45,394 nt of DNA from a virus (IMGVR_UViG_3300010376_000016:1-45394); one strand, 5' to 3'; positions 33,922 to 41,970 are shown, numbered from the stretch's first letter. Translations and numbers: made by a program. The notes: generated by a model from the letters alone, not told the origin.

Positions 33922-34108
33922 CGAGGGCAACCTCCTCCCCTAAGCGGTTCTCGGTTTTGATCTGTTGGTCGAGCCCGTGCATGAAGACGATGACCTCCTC
34001 AAGGCTGTAGCAAGGGGTCGCTTGGCCGAGCTTCTCACCGACGATCCGGCCGTCTTGATCGCGCTCCAGCACGACCGGCTGCACGATCACCTTGAGCAGT
34101 TCCAGCAT
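33875..34108 (-). CDS. Hypothetical protein (77 aa)
   Basis: ORF track; start overlaps the upstream stop. Confidence 0.55.
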   Translation of the reverse strand: MLELLKVIVQPVVLERDQDGRIVGEKLGQATPCYSLEEVIVFMHGLDQQIKTENRLGEEVALDGEVQRQGQGDDRAE

Positions 34109-34293
34109 CAGACCGCTGGGGCGACGGGAGGCGGCGGCAGCGTTCCGGCGTTGCCGCTCGCGTGGGCGAGCACCTCGCAGAAGTCCTTCGTCTCGTCGCC
34201 ACCCAGAGCCTTGAGAACGGCGTCGGCCGCTTCGGTCGTCGGCATCGTCCAGGTGTCTTCTGGAGCGAGGTCTATGTGGACGCTGATGCGCAC
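34108..34293 (-). CDS. Hypothetical protein (61 aa)
   Basis: GTG after AGGAGGAGAG, just past the fibre stop. Confidence 0.5.
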   Translation of the reverse strand: MRISVHIDLAPEDTWTMPTTEAADAVLKALGGDETKDFCEVLAHASGNAGTLPPPPVAPAV

Positions 34294-34303
34294 GTCTCTC
34301 CTC

Positions 34304-35866
34304 CTAGTAGTTGCCGATCGCGAACCAGTTGATCGTGACCGTCGTGTTCGCAAGCGCTGACCAGTTACCACCGGAGATAGTGACCGCCCTGACCCTGGCG
34401 ATGGTCGAGGAGATATTCCCCGGTGCGATGTCGCACTGGAACGCGGCTTGCCCCTGGTTGCCGTTCATCGCGACGACCGTGTCCGGTGTTGCGCCGAACG
34501 CGACCGGAAACGTGACCGTCAACTGGCCGCTCGCGTCGGTCGTCCCTGCGATGACGCCGCCCTGGACGCGCTTGTTCACGGACCCGGCGTTGCCGACTGC
34601 GACACCGTAGTTCGACTTGCACAGCACCGAATCAGTGCTCAGGACTGACGCGCTGGTCCGGTAGAGGTTCGTGTCGGCCGCAGTGCCGAACTGCAATCCG
34701 GCATAACCACCGATGTCTCCAACCCTGACCTGTCCGTTGACAACACCCCACGAACCAAAGATCTGCAGCCCGGAACCAAAGACCCCGTCGGTCTTCAACT
34801 GATTCGCCGCCGTGCGGTAGAGGTTCGTGTCAACGGCACTCGCAGCACCGGCACCCCACCACATCTGACCGTCCTTGCGGGTGTACCAAGTGAAGTTGCC
34901 GTCGGTCGTTGCGCCCGCAGTCGCGAACGCTACGTCGGTCGCGACAGTGCTGAACTTGACCAGCTTGCCGTCGGTGCCGAGCGAAGCCGCCCCATAGCGG
35001 TAGAGATCTGTGTCGGTCGCAGCGTTCCCTGGCCCCCACAAGATCGTCCCGCCAGCCTGCACGTTGAGACGGGGGTTCGTGTCACCGGCAACCGAAGTCT
35101 GTAGCGCAGACGAGCCTGCCGCCGCCATCCCGGCTGCGTTGAACCCCTGCGCGGCAATCAGCGACCCGTCGGTCTTGAGTGTCGCAGCACCAGCGCGGAA
35201 GAGGTCGGTGTCGGTCGCCGCAGTGCCCGGACCCCAGTTCATTTTGCCGTCGTTCCCAAGCGTGAAGCGATCGTTGGCGTCCGCGTTTACCGACACGTTG
35301 AGGATGAAGGCACCCAGTGAGCCCGCACGGCTGTAGATGGGGGCACCCCCAACCATCGAAAGGAACCCGCCCATCTGAAAGTTGCCGTCGCTTCTCAGCG
35401 TGTTCACCGCCGAGCGATACAGGTTGGTGTCGGTCGCGACGCTCTTCGGTCCCCAGTTGATCCGCCCGTTGATGTCGATGTAGAGGAACGGGTAGCTCTG
35501 GGCCGCGTTGTCGTAGAGCGTGAACGGCCAGAGCGTGGTGTCGGAGAGGATGTTCAGGGCACACGGCCAACCACCCTGACCGACCGATAACTGCTTAGCG
35601 CCGATGCGGAGCAACATCGTGTCCGCCCCCGCCGCGCCGCCCGGACCCCAGATGATCTTTCCCTCGCCGCGTATCTGGAGCGCGTACTGCGCGTCGGTCG
35701 AGATCAGCCTGTTCGTGAGCAGGTTGCTGCCCGTGGCGACAACCGAGTTCGTGTCAACCTTGCCCGAATCGAGCAGGCCGAGCCCCGCCTCGATGTGCGA
35801 CATGTGCGACGAGTCAACCGGCGTGGAACCGTCCGTCCAAGTCTGCTGCACGTAGCCGACGGTCAT
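34304..35866 (-). CDS. Tail fibre protein (520 aa) with about five (T/A)DT(N/D)L(Y/F)R...L.TDG repeats
   Basis: Repeats read in the translation; ATGA overlap with the upstream gene. Confidence 0.8.
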   Translation of the reverse strand: MTVGYVQQTWTDGSTPVDSSHMSHIEAGLGLLDSGKVDTNSVVATGSNLLTNRLISTDAQYALQIRGEGKIIWGPGGAAGADTMLLRIGAKQLSVGQGGWPCALNILSDTTLWPFTLYDNAAQSYPFLYIDINGRINWGPKSVATDTNLYRSAVNTLRSDGNFQMGGFLSMVGGAPIYSRAGSLGAFILNVSVNADANDRFTLGNDGKMNWGPGTAATDTDLFRAGAATLKTDGSLIAAQGFNAAGMAAAGSSALQTSVAGDTNPRLNVQAGGTILWGPGNAATDTDLYRYGAASLGTDGKLVKFSTVATDVAFATAGATTDGNFTWYTRKDGQMWWGAGAASAVDTNLYRTAANQLKTDGVFGSGLQIFGSWGVVNGQVRVGDIGGYAGLQFGTAADTNLYRTSASVLSTDSVLCKSNYGVAVGNAGSVNKRVQGGVIAGTTDASGQLTVTFPVAFGATPDTVVAMNGNQGQAAFQCDIAPGNISSTIARVRAVTISGGNWSALANTTVTINWFAIGNY

Positions 35867-36393
35867 GTGCACCCCGCTGGTTGAAGAGTGATGTCGCTCT
35901 CCTGGTCGAGCGCAAGCGTGAGATCGGTCTCGACATCGAGCGTGAGAGCCAGGTCGGTGCAGAGTTCGGGATGCAACCAGACGATGTAGACCTGGAGCCC
36001 CGCCGTTCCGAACGCCTGCGCAGACGGAACGCCTTGAACCGGGATCGTGACCGGGCCGGTCTTGATTGCGACGACCCCGAAGGCTTGGGCGCTCGCGACA
36101 GCTGGGCCGCGAACACCGAGCGCGAACTTCAGCGCACCGAACGCCTGCGCGGAGGCGACCGCTCCGACGGCAACGCGGACCGCTCCCGTCTTGAGCGTCG
36201 GGGCACCGAAGGCCTGGGCGGAGGGAATGCCCGTGACCTGTCCGGCCGGTGCCTTGACCGTGACGGTCGGCGTCCCGAACTGACTGCCGGGCGGTGTGTA
36301 GCCGACATCACGCCCGGTCCCGACCAGGAACGTGCCGACGATCGTGACGTTCGCGCCGGGGGGCCAGACTCCCGAGACGCCGACGACGGCCAC
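35863..36393 (-). CDS. Tail fibre-associated protein (176 aa) with four SAQAFG repeats
   Basis: Repeats read in the translation; GTG after AGGAGG. Confidence 0.65.
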   Translation of the reverse strand: MAVVGVSGVWPPGANVTIVGTFLVGTGRDVGYTPPGSQFGTPTVTVKAPAGQVTGIPSAQAFGAPTLKTGAVRVAVGAVASAQAFGALKFALGVRGPAVASAQAFGVVAIKTGPVTIPVQGVPSAQAFGTAGLQVYIVWLHPELCTDLALTLDVETDLTLALDQESDITLQPAGCT

Positions 36394-36402
36394 GTCAGCC
36401 TC

Positions 36403-36822
36403 CTAGAGCTTGGCGATCCAAGGAACGGAGTTCTGCCACTGGACGGTGATGTCGCCGCCGTTCGGCGTCACCGTGAAGCCATCTATATAGAAGAGCAGGT
36501 TCGAGGTCGCCGGGTTGCCGGTGTCCTTGAAGACGGCCAGGCAGTCGATCGCCGCTCCGGCCGGAACGGCGGTGAAGGTGGCGTCGGCTGCGTCGAAGCA
36601 GCCGGGGTCGGCTCCCCCACCGCCGTTCGCGGCTTTCGTCCCGAGCACGACGTCGGGGACGATCGCGGCCGGGAGCGAGGAGGCGAACTGGTGCGCCTGC
36701 GAGATCGTGTAGGCGGCAGTGCGCATCAGCCGCACCTTGATCGTCGTGCCCGCCGCAGTCACGTCACCGATCGTTCCCCTCCAGAACTCCTGCAGCGCCA
36801 GGTTGTAGTGCTGCGATGTCAT
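36403..36822 (-). CDS. Hypothetical structural protein (139 aa)
   Basis: ORF track; tail fibre module. Confidence 0.6.
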   Translation of the reverse strand: MTSQHYNLALQEFWRGTIGDVTAAGTTIKVRLMRTAAYTISQAHQFASSLPAAIVPDVVLGTKAANGGGGADPGCFDAADATFTAVPAGAAIDCLAVFKDTGNPATSNLLFYIDGFTVTPNGGDITVQWQNSVPWIAKL

Positions 36823-37004
36823 CAGACGTCCACCCCCTGCGAGCTCGCCTCGATCGCCGCCACCTCGTCGTGGTCGTAGGCGCGGGAGAGATCGCCCTCG
36901 GCGTAGCCCAAGAGGATGAAGCGGTCAGCGGTCTCGGGGTCGAGCTCGACCTCGGCCCCGGCGACGTGCTCGCCCACCGAGTTGATCATCGTGACCTTCG
37001 CCAT
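36822..37004 (-). CDS. Hypothetical acidic protein (60 aa; short form of ORF 36822..37148)
   Basis: The N-terminal 48 codons of the long form are Arg-rich and out of character; ATG 37004 overlaps the upstream micro-ORF stop. Confidence 0.5.
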   Translation of the reverse strand: MAKVTMINSVGEHVAGAEVELDPETADRFILLGYAEGDLSRAYDHDEVAAIEASSQGVDV

Positions 37005-37096
37005 CAGATCAAGTCCGTCCCGAAGAGAACGCCGATCCAGAGCGCGATCGCGACCAGCCAGAGCGCCGCATCGCCCGCCGAGAGGTGAATGCTCAT
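37004..37096 (-). CDS. Membrane micro-protein (30 aa), first ORF of the late strand
   Basis: MSIHLSAGDAALWLVAIALWIGVLFGTDLI; ATG after GGGGAGGCAAC. Confidence 0.45.
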   Translation of the reverse strand: MSIHLSAGDAALWLVAIALWIGVLFGTDLI

Positions 37097-37216
37097 GTTG
37101 CCTCCCCTGAAGACGTTTGTAAAATCTCGTTTCGCTTAGCTGAGCCAAGTCGTCAAGACGGACAACTAGAAAGCCCCTGCAAATGGCCGGCTAGTTCGTT
37201 GCCTCCGCAGAGAACA

Positions 37217-37250
37217 GTTGCACCGATCTGCGAAAATGTGTCTGTGCAAC
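37217..37250. promoter_or_regulatory. Operator-like inverted repeat GTTGCAC-N20-GTGCAAC containing TTGCACCGATCTGCG
   Basis: Read directly; resembles TTGCAGCAGATCTGCC at 4507-4522. Confidence 0.55.
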
Positions 37251-37279
37251 CCGCACGAAACACGACACAAGGAGGAACG

Positions 37280-37570
37280 GTGACCGACATCTACGGACAC
37301 CTCAGCGAGGCGCAAGAACTGCTCGACATGGCGATAGAGAACCAGCGCCACGGCGACCACATGAGCGTCCTGCGAACGCTCGACGGAGCTCTCAAGCGGA
37401 TGCAGGAGGCGGCGATCGCGACCGTGCAGAAGGCGTACGACGGAGGCGCGAGCAAGAAGGCGATCGCGCAAGCGCTCGACATCCCGGCCTCGACGCTGCG
37501 CGGGCTGAAGAAGACGGACGGCTCCCGGGGCCCGAAAGCCCTGGAGGAGCTCCTGAGACTCGACCAGTGA
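37280..37570 (+). CDS. HTH DNA-binding protein (96 aa)
   Basis: GTG after ACACAAGGAGGAACG; SKKAIAQALDIPASTLRGLKK. Confidence 0.6.
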   Translation: MTDIYGHLSEAQELLDMAIENQRHGDHMSVLRTLDGALKRMQEAAIATVQKAYDGGASKKAIAQALDIPASTLRGLKKTDGSRGPKALEELLRLDQ

Positions 37571-37731
37571 CGACGACGCTCGAACACCTCGCCCGCGAGG
37601 CCTGGCATCGCTGGGCCGAGTACCGCCAGCACGGGATCTGCGCCTGCTGCAACGAGCCCAAGTACGTCGGGCGGCGCAGACCGAGCGGACGCTGGCTCTG
37701 CCTCGACTGCTTCGACCAGGGCGAGCGCTAG
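37567..37731 (+). CDS. Zinc-ribbon protein (54 aa)
   Basis: Hand-translated; CACC...CLDC; GTGA overlap. Confidence 0.5.
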   Translation: MTTTLEHLAREAWHRWAEYRQHGICACCNEPKYVGRRRPSGRWLCLDCFDQGER

Positions 37732-37740
37732 ATGATCGGA

Positions 37741-37766
37741 GGGCGGGGGTCCGAGGATCCCCGCCC
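37741..37766 (+). terminator. Strong GC hairpin GGGCGGGG-N10-CCCCGCCC without a U tract
   Basis: Paired by hand. Confidence 0.4.
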
Positions 37767-37803
37767 CACCGACGAGCCAAGAACCAAACCTCCAGAAGGA
37801 GGC

Positions 37804-37816
37804 CACAAGGAGGAAC
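37804..37816 (+). promoter_or_regulatory. Orphan copy of the CACAAGGAGGAAC motif, about 100 nt upstream of the next credible start
   Basis: Read directly; in-frame stop at 37834 excludes an extension of the 37918 ORF. Confidence 0.7.
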
Positions 37817-37917
37817 TTGGTCGGCCCGGATGGTAGCCGCCCACGGGCAGCCGCTCGACTTGGTTTACTTCCAGGTCACCGCAGCAGCCCAGCAGCGAAG
37901 GAAAGGACGACCCCAAT

Positions 37918-39372
37918 ATGCCTGCAGCACCGACAGGCTCGAAGGAGCTCGACCAGCTGGTCGCCCGCTTCAAGCGCGGCTACGCGCTGGAGAAGACACG
38001 CGGCGGACACTTCCGTGTTCGCAACCCGAAGGGCGAGTTCGTTGAGCTCAACGGGAAGAACCTAACTCTCACCGGGACGGCGCACGGCGGACGGGCGGTC
38101 GCGAACATGACCGCCGAACTGCGAAACGCGGGTGTCCTAAAGGCAACGACGAACGGCAAGGTGACCACCCGGCGCAAGATGGACCGCGCCGTGGTCGAGC
38201 GGCGACAGAAGGCGCAGCGCGAGTCGTTGCGGATCCGCAGCGAGAACCGGCAGAAGGTCGCGGACGAGTTGTACGAACGGCTCGACCAGGCGCTGAAGTC
38301 CGTCGGCGGGATCAACGGCAACGGCGTCCGCGCCGACCTGGCGAACGTCGGGGCACTCGTCGCCCGCCAGTCCGGGCACTCGAACATCACGCCCGACCTG
38401 ACGACCGGCAGCGTCTATCGGCTAACGCAACGGCACTGGGTCGAGCCCCGTTACCAAGAAGTCTGGAGCGAGGTCGCGGAGCGAGTCGAGCAAGCCGACG
38501 ACAAGACCGACGCCTGGTTCGCGCTCGTGCGCGAGGCGCGCGGTCTGCCCGGCGAGGTCGTGCATGTCGGCAAGCCGATCGAGGGAGACTGGCCGTTCGA
38601 GGTCAGGCAACTCGCGATCGAGGCGCTCCTGATCGACCACGAGTACCAGCGGCCTCCCGACTGGCCGTTCATTCGCCGCACCGCCGCCGCCTTCGATGAA
38701 TCGCTGGTCGGGACGATCGACGTCTCCGAGCGTCGGCACGGCGCGATCTTCGCGATCCTCGACGGCCAGCAGCGCTACGAGGCCTGCCGTCTGGTCGGCA
38801 AGAAGACAGTCTGGGCCTCTGTCTACTCCGGGCTCGACCGCGCGAGCGAGGCGCGCTTCTTCCTGCACAAGAACCGCGACAAGAAGGCGATCCATCCCTT
38901 CTACACCTTCCGCGCCCGCCTGGCGGCGCAGGAGCCGGACGCGCTGGCGATCGAGAAGCGGACGGCGAAGCACGGCTACAAGGTGACCGCGCAGGCAGCG
39001 AACGAGCGTTACCCGGAGCAGATCTCCGCGATCGCCGCGCTCGATGAAGCGTTCGGACGCAAGCAGCCCGACGGCAAGGACGCGCTCGACCCGTCGCTGC
39101 AGGCGATGAAGGCCTCGACCTTCGGGATGCGGCACGGGCAGAACCACATCCTGATCCGAGCGCTCGGGATCGTCTTCCAGGAGAAGGGCGACCTGGTCGA
39201 GATGAAACGGATTCAGGACGTGCTGATCAAGACGCCGCCCGAACTGATGCTGCAGAAGGCGCGCGAGGCGGCCCGTTACGCGAGCTCGAACACCGGCTGG
39301 GCGATGGCGCGGATCATCGCCTCCGACTACGACCGGGGGCTGAGCCGGGAGCAGAAGCTCGGCAAGCTATGA
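37918..39372 (+). CDS. Fusion protein: N-terminal HicA-like domain plus ParB/Srx-superfamily domain with DGQQR motif (484 aa)
   Basis: GYALEKTRGGHFRVRNPKGEFV...TGTAHGGRAVANM; IDHEYQRPPDW...AILDGQQRYEAC. Confidence 0.65.
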   Translation: MPAAPTGSKELDQLVARFKRGYALEKTRGGHFRVRNPKGEFVELNGKNLTLTGTAHGGRAVANMTAELRNAGVLKATTNGKVTTRRKMDRAVVERRQKAQRESLRIRSENRQKVADELYERLDQALKSVGGINGNGVRADLANVGALVARQSGHSNITPDLTTGSVYRLTQRHWVEPRYQEVWSEVAERVEQADDKTDAWFALVREARGLPGEVVHVGKPIEGDWPFEVRQLAIEALLIDHEYQRPPDWPFIRRTAAAFDESLVGTIDVSERRHGAIFAILDGQQRYEACRLVGKKTVWASVYSGLDRASEARFFLHKNRDKKAIHPFYTFRARLAAQEPDALAIEKRTAKHGYKVTAQAANERYPEQISAIAALDEAFGRKQPDGKDALDPSLQAMKASTFGMRHGQNHILIRALGIVFQEKGDLVEMKRIQDVLIKTPPELMLQKAREAARYASSNTGWAMARIIASDYDRGLSREQKLGKL

Positions 39373-39722
39373 GCCCCGGCCGCAAGCGCGACGAGACGCC
39401 GCCCGTCGAGCTCGTCTGGGAAGCACCGCCCGACCACACACAGACGGGGATCTACGACGCGACGATCGTGACGGTCAAGCAGAGCCCCGGGCGCTGGGCC
39501 CGGGTCCGTGCCTACGCTTCACCGAGCCCCGCCTACAACGCGAAGCGCACCCTGATGCGGCGCACGAGCGGCGACGAGCACTGGGAGGTCAAGGTCTCCC
39601 AGTTCGACAACGGTGGCACGACGATGTACGGGATCTGGTTGCGCTACCGGAACGAGGAGCAGATGGGTGCTCTGCAGGCAACACCGAGAAAGCCGCGAGC
39701 GAAGCCGGGAGCGAAGAAGTGA
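39369..39722 (+). CDS. Hypothetical protein (117 aa)
   Basis: ORF track; ATGA overlap. Confidence 0.65.
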   Translation: MSPGRKRDETPPVELVWEAPPDHTQTGIYDATIVTVKQSPGRWARVRAYASPSPAYNAKRTLMRRTSGDEHWEVKVSQFDNGGTTMYGIWLRYRNEEQMGALQATPRKPRAKPGAKK

Positions 39723-39844
39723 TCGCGCTCGTCGTCATCGGGGCGATGCTCGCCGCCTTCGCGATCGGGGTCGCCTGCGGGGTGGCGCTGACCAGTCGCC
39801 GTTACCAACAAGCCATGCGCCGACGACCGGAGATGCTGCCCTGA
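39719..39844 (+). CDS. Membrane micro-protein (41 aa)
   Basis: VIALVVIGAMLAAFAIGVACGVALTSRRYQQAMRRRPEMLP; GTGA overlap. Confidence 0.45.
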   Translation: MIALVVIGAMLAAFAIGVACGVALTSRRYQQAMRRRPEMLP

Positions 39845-39927
39845 TGCTCGATGCGATCATGATCGCGCTCGACTTCGTCTGGGACATGTTCGATCGACGG
39901 CGCAAGAGACGGCGCGGGCCGCAATGA
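39844..39927 (+). CDS. Possible micro-protein (27 aa)
   Basis: Fills the gap with overlapping stop/start at both ends. Confidence 0.3.
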   Translation: MLDAIMIALDFVWDMFDRRRKRRRGPQ

Positions 39928-40115
39928 AAGTCGTCGTCGCCGTCCGCTGCTACGACTGCGGTCGCGTGTTCCACTTCGACCCGGAGACGACAACCGTGAT
40001 CGACATCCCGCCCGAGGATGTCAAGCCGGGCGACCCCGTCATCCCGACGTACGCGCTCGGGTTCGGGTTCACCGGCCGCTACCACTCGCAGCTATGCCCC
40101 GAATGCGCACGATGA
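39924..40115 (+). CDS. Zinc-ribbon protein (63 aa)
   Basis: CYDC...CPEC. Confidence 0.6.
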   Translation: MKVVVAVRCYDCGRVFHFDPETTTVIDIPPEDVKPGDPVIPTYALGFGFTGRYHSQLCPECAR

Positions 40116-40252
40116 TCGAGCGCGTCGTCGTGGACAAATGGTTCACTCGTCACATGGACGAATGGAAGGCGCTGCGTCCCGAGTGGGACGTGACGGCGCT
40201 GATCGCGCCCGACAAGAAGACCGTCGTCTTCCTGGCGGTGCGGTATGAGTGA
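40112..40252 (+). CDS. Hypothetical small protein (46 aa)
   Basis: Hand-translated; ATGA overlap; ends inside junction repeat 1. Confidence 0.45.
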   Translation: MIERVVVDKWFTRHMDEWKALRPEWDVTALIAPDKKTVVFLAVRYE

Positions 40253-40257
40253 ACGGG
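40234..40257 (+). repeat. Gene-junction repeat copy 1: GGCGGTGCGGTATGAGTGAACGGG
   Basis: 24 of 24 identical to 40344-40367, exactly 110 bp apart. Confidence 0.9.
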
Positions 40258-40343
40258 ATTTGGGGATGACGACACGAACGCCTGAGAGCGCCTCATCCCT
40301 GAGGGAGTCAAAAGGCGGCGAGGGCGCGACTCCCACTCTTTGC

Positions 40344-40367
40344 GGCGGTGCGGTATGAGTGAACGGG
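40344..40367 (+). repeat. Gene-junction repeat copy 2
   Basis: Identical 24-mer. Confidence 0.9.
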
Positions 40368-40392
40368 CGGCGACGACATCTAGGAGCAGCAG

Positions 40393-40629
40393 ATGACGAT
40401 CACGATTGACGACCTGGCCGACGAGTGCGCCGACCGGCGCGAGAACGGACGCGGCTGGCTGATCGCCCGCAACTGGATCGCACGAGCGCGGGCGGCGGAG
40501 CTCCTGATCAGCGAGCCACGAACACCGCTTCACATTGCCGCCGACGGCGCGAGAGGCGATCGAGCGCTACCAGAGGGAGTGGAATGTCTGAGGCCGAGCA
40601 ACGCGCCCTCGCCTCGCTGCTCGACGTAG
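40393..40629 (+). CDS. Hypothetical protein (78 aa)
   Basis: ORF track; weak support; 3' end overlaps the next gene. Confidence 0.4.
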   Translation: MTITIDDLADECADRRENGRGWLIARNWIARARAAELLISEPRTPLHIAADGARGDRALPEGVECLRPSNAPSPRCST

Positions 40630-40757
40630 TCGAGGAGCTCGTGCTTGGACTGGCAGCTGGGCAGCGGCCCGACGACGACTGGGCGCAGATCGTGGCCGAC
40701 AACTTCGAGAACCACCGACGTGAACTGCGCGGCGAAGAAGTCGTCTGGCCGTCGTGA
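40584..40757 (+). CDS. Hypothetical protein (57 aa)
   Basis: ATG after GAGGGAGTGG. Confidence 0.5.
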   Translation: MSEAEQRALASLLDVVEELVLGLAAGQRPDDDWAQIVADNFENHRRELRGEEVVWPS

Positions 40758-40951
40758 AACGGGATGTCCGCATGCGCTTCAGCCTGCGCGAGATCGAACT
40801 GCTCGATGACGCCCTGACCGCCTACCTCGACAGTTTCGAGGGAAGGATCGTCAGACCGGACGAGGCGGAACTGCAACGGCTCCGACTGCGGATCGAGCAG
40901 ACACGCTGGTCTACCGAGCCCGTCCCGCGCCGACAGGGCGGCACGGTATGA
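40754..40951 (+). CDS. Hypothetical protein (65 aa)
   Basis: ORF track; GTGA overlap. Confidence 0.55.
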   Translation: MKRDVRMRFSLREIELLDDALTAYLDSFEGRIVRPDEAELQRLRLRIEQTRWSTEPVPRRQGGTV

Positions 40952-40960
40952 GCGAACGGG
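40937..40960 (+). repeat. Gene-junction repeat copy 3 (21 of 24 match)
   Basis: GGCGGCACGGTATGAGCGAACGGG at the 40951/40948 stop-start overlap. Confidence 0.7.
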
Positions 40961-41220
40961 ACGTGCGCCGAACCGAAGACGAGCCACACGACCGGCTGAC
41001 CCGGATCAGCAGCCGCGCGATCGAGGCGATCGAGCACGACCCGGAGACCAAGCCCGGCGACAAGTGCATCGTCTTCCTCGACACCGCCGAGCGCGGCGGA
41101 ATCGGTCTCAGCGGCTACGACTCTGACAGCGAGGCGATGGCCGCGCTGCTCGTCCACCTGCGGGCGATCTTCGAGGCAAACGGGAAGACGCTCCTGCTCG
41201 CGCCGCTCGGGCGGGGATGA
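40948..41220 (+). CDS. Hypothetical protein (90 aa)
   Basis: ORF track. Confidence 0.65.
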   Translation: MSERDVRRTEDEPHDRLTRISSRAIEAIEHDPETKPGDKCIVFLDTAERGGIGLSGYDSDSEAMAALLVHLRAIFEANGKTLLLAPLGRG

Positions 41221-41366
41221 GAACCGGGATCGCCTTCCTCTGCGGCGCGATCTTCGGCGTCTCCTTCATCCTGATCCGGCTCGGCTGGCGACGGACACCG
41301 CCGCTCGTCTGGGCGCTCTTCGCCACCAGCTTCGGCGTCTACCTGGCAGACGCGCTCGTCCGCTAG
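41217..41366 (+). CDS. Two-segment membrane micro-protein (49 aa)
   Basis: Hand-translated; ATGA overlap. Confidence 0.5.
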   Translation: MRTGIAFLCGAIFGVSFILIRLGWRRTPPLVWALFATSFGVYLADALVR

Positions 41367-41560
41367 GCCGGGTGCCCCTGGCGGTGGTGCTCGTCTACCA
41401 CCGAACGCAAGACCTCGTCCGTGTCCTTGTTGTGGTTCTGGCCGACCGCCGCACACGCCTCAAGCAGGCCGGGCGTGTTGAACATGAAGTCGAAACAGTC
41501 GGGGCAGACCGGCCAGCCGAGGCCGGTCAGGTCCTCGTCCCACTCCAGTATCTCCTCCAC
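41363..41560 (-). CDS. Hypothetical Cys-containing protein (65 aa)
   Basis: ORF track; convergent with the plus-strand block. Confidence 0.55.
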   Translation of the reverse strand: MEEILEWDEDLTGLGWPVCPDCFDFMFNTPGLLEACAAVGQNHNKDTDEVLRSVVDEHHRQGHPA

Positions 41561-41667
41561 CGGGACTCCCGTAGCAACAGGATGCCAGGAACGAGAAGAA
41601 ACGGACGGCCCCGGCTACCGCGCAACCCTCGGGAAGGGACCCCCTGAAGAGGCGGGACCGCCCGCTC

Positions 41668-41970
41668 TCAGGGCACCTTACCGAGCATCACCTGGCGGTG
41701 CGACGCTGGCTTGAGCTCGACCTGCTGCGGCAGACCGACACCCGCGTCGATCGCGCTGCGCATCTCGCTGAGCTCATCGACCGGCATCAGCGAATGCGCG
41801 ACGTCGGCCACCGGCAAGTTCGAGAACGGCGTCTCCGCTTCCAGCGAGGCCTTCGCGAACTCCAGCATCTTCGCCGCCTCACCCGAGAGCGAACTCGACC
41901 CCGCCTGTGCACGTTTCGTCAACCAGGAGAAGACCTCCTCCGAGACCGAGACCTGCAGACGATGGGTCAC
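41668..41970 (-). CDS. Ribbon-helix-helix (CopG/Arc-like) DNA-binding protein (100 aa)
   Basis: VTHRLQVSVSEEVFSWLTKRA at the N-terminus; GTGA overlap with the upstream gene. Confidence 0.6.
   Translation of the reverse strand: MTHRLQVSVSEEVFSWLTKRAQAGSSSLSGEAAKMLEFAKASLEAETPFSNLPVADVAHSLMPVDELSEMRSAIDAGVGLPQQVELKPASHRQVMLGKVP

Noticed and set aside
36822-37148. Long 108-aa form of the first late ORF
   Set aside because: The first 48 codons are Arg-rich and overlap a well-signalled 30-aa membrane ORF in another frame. The short form starting at 37004 is preferred.
37817-38065. 82-aa (TTG) and 71-aa (ATG 37830) ORFs directly after the orphan SD motif
   Set aside because: Arg/Ser/Ala-rich products that overlap the HicA/ParB-like gene out of frame. 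They are kept only as a possible leader in the findings.
40246-40359. 37-codon ORF (MSERDLGMTT...) between junction repeats 1 and 2, and a 13-codon MSER ORF after repeat 2
   Set aside because: These are probably remnants of a duplication. There is no independent support.
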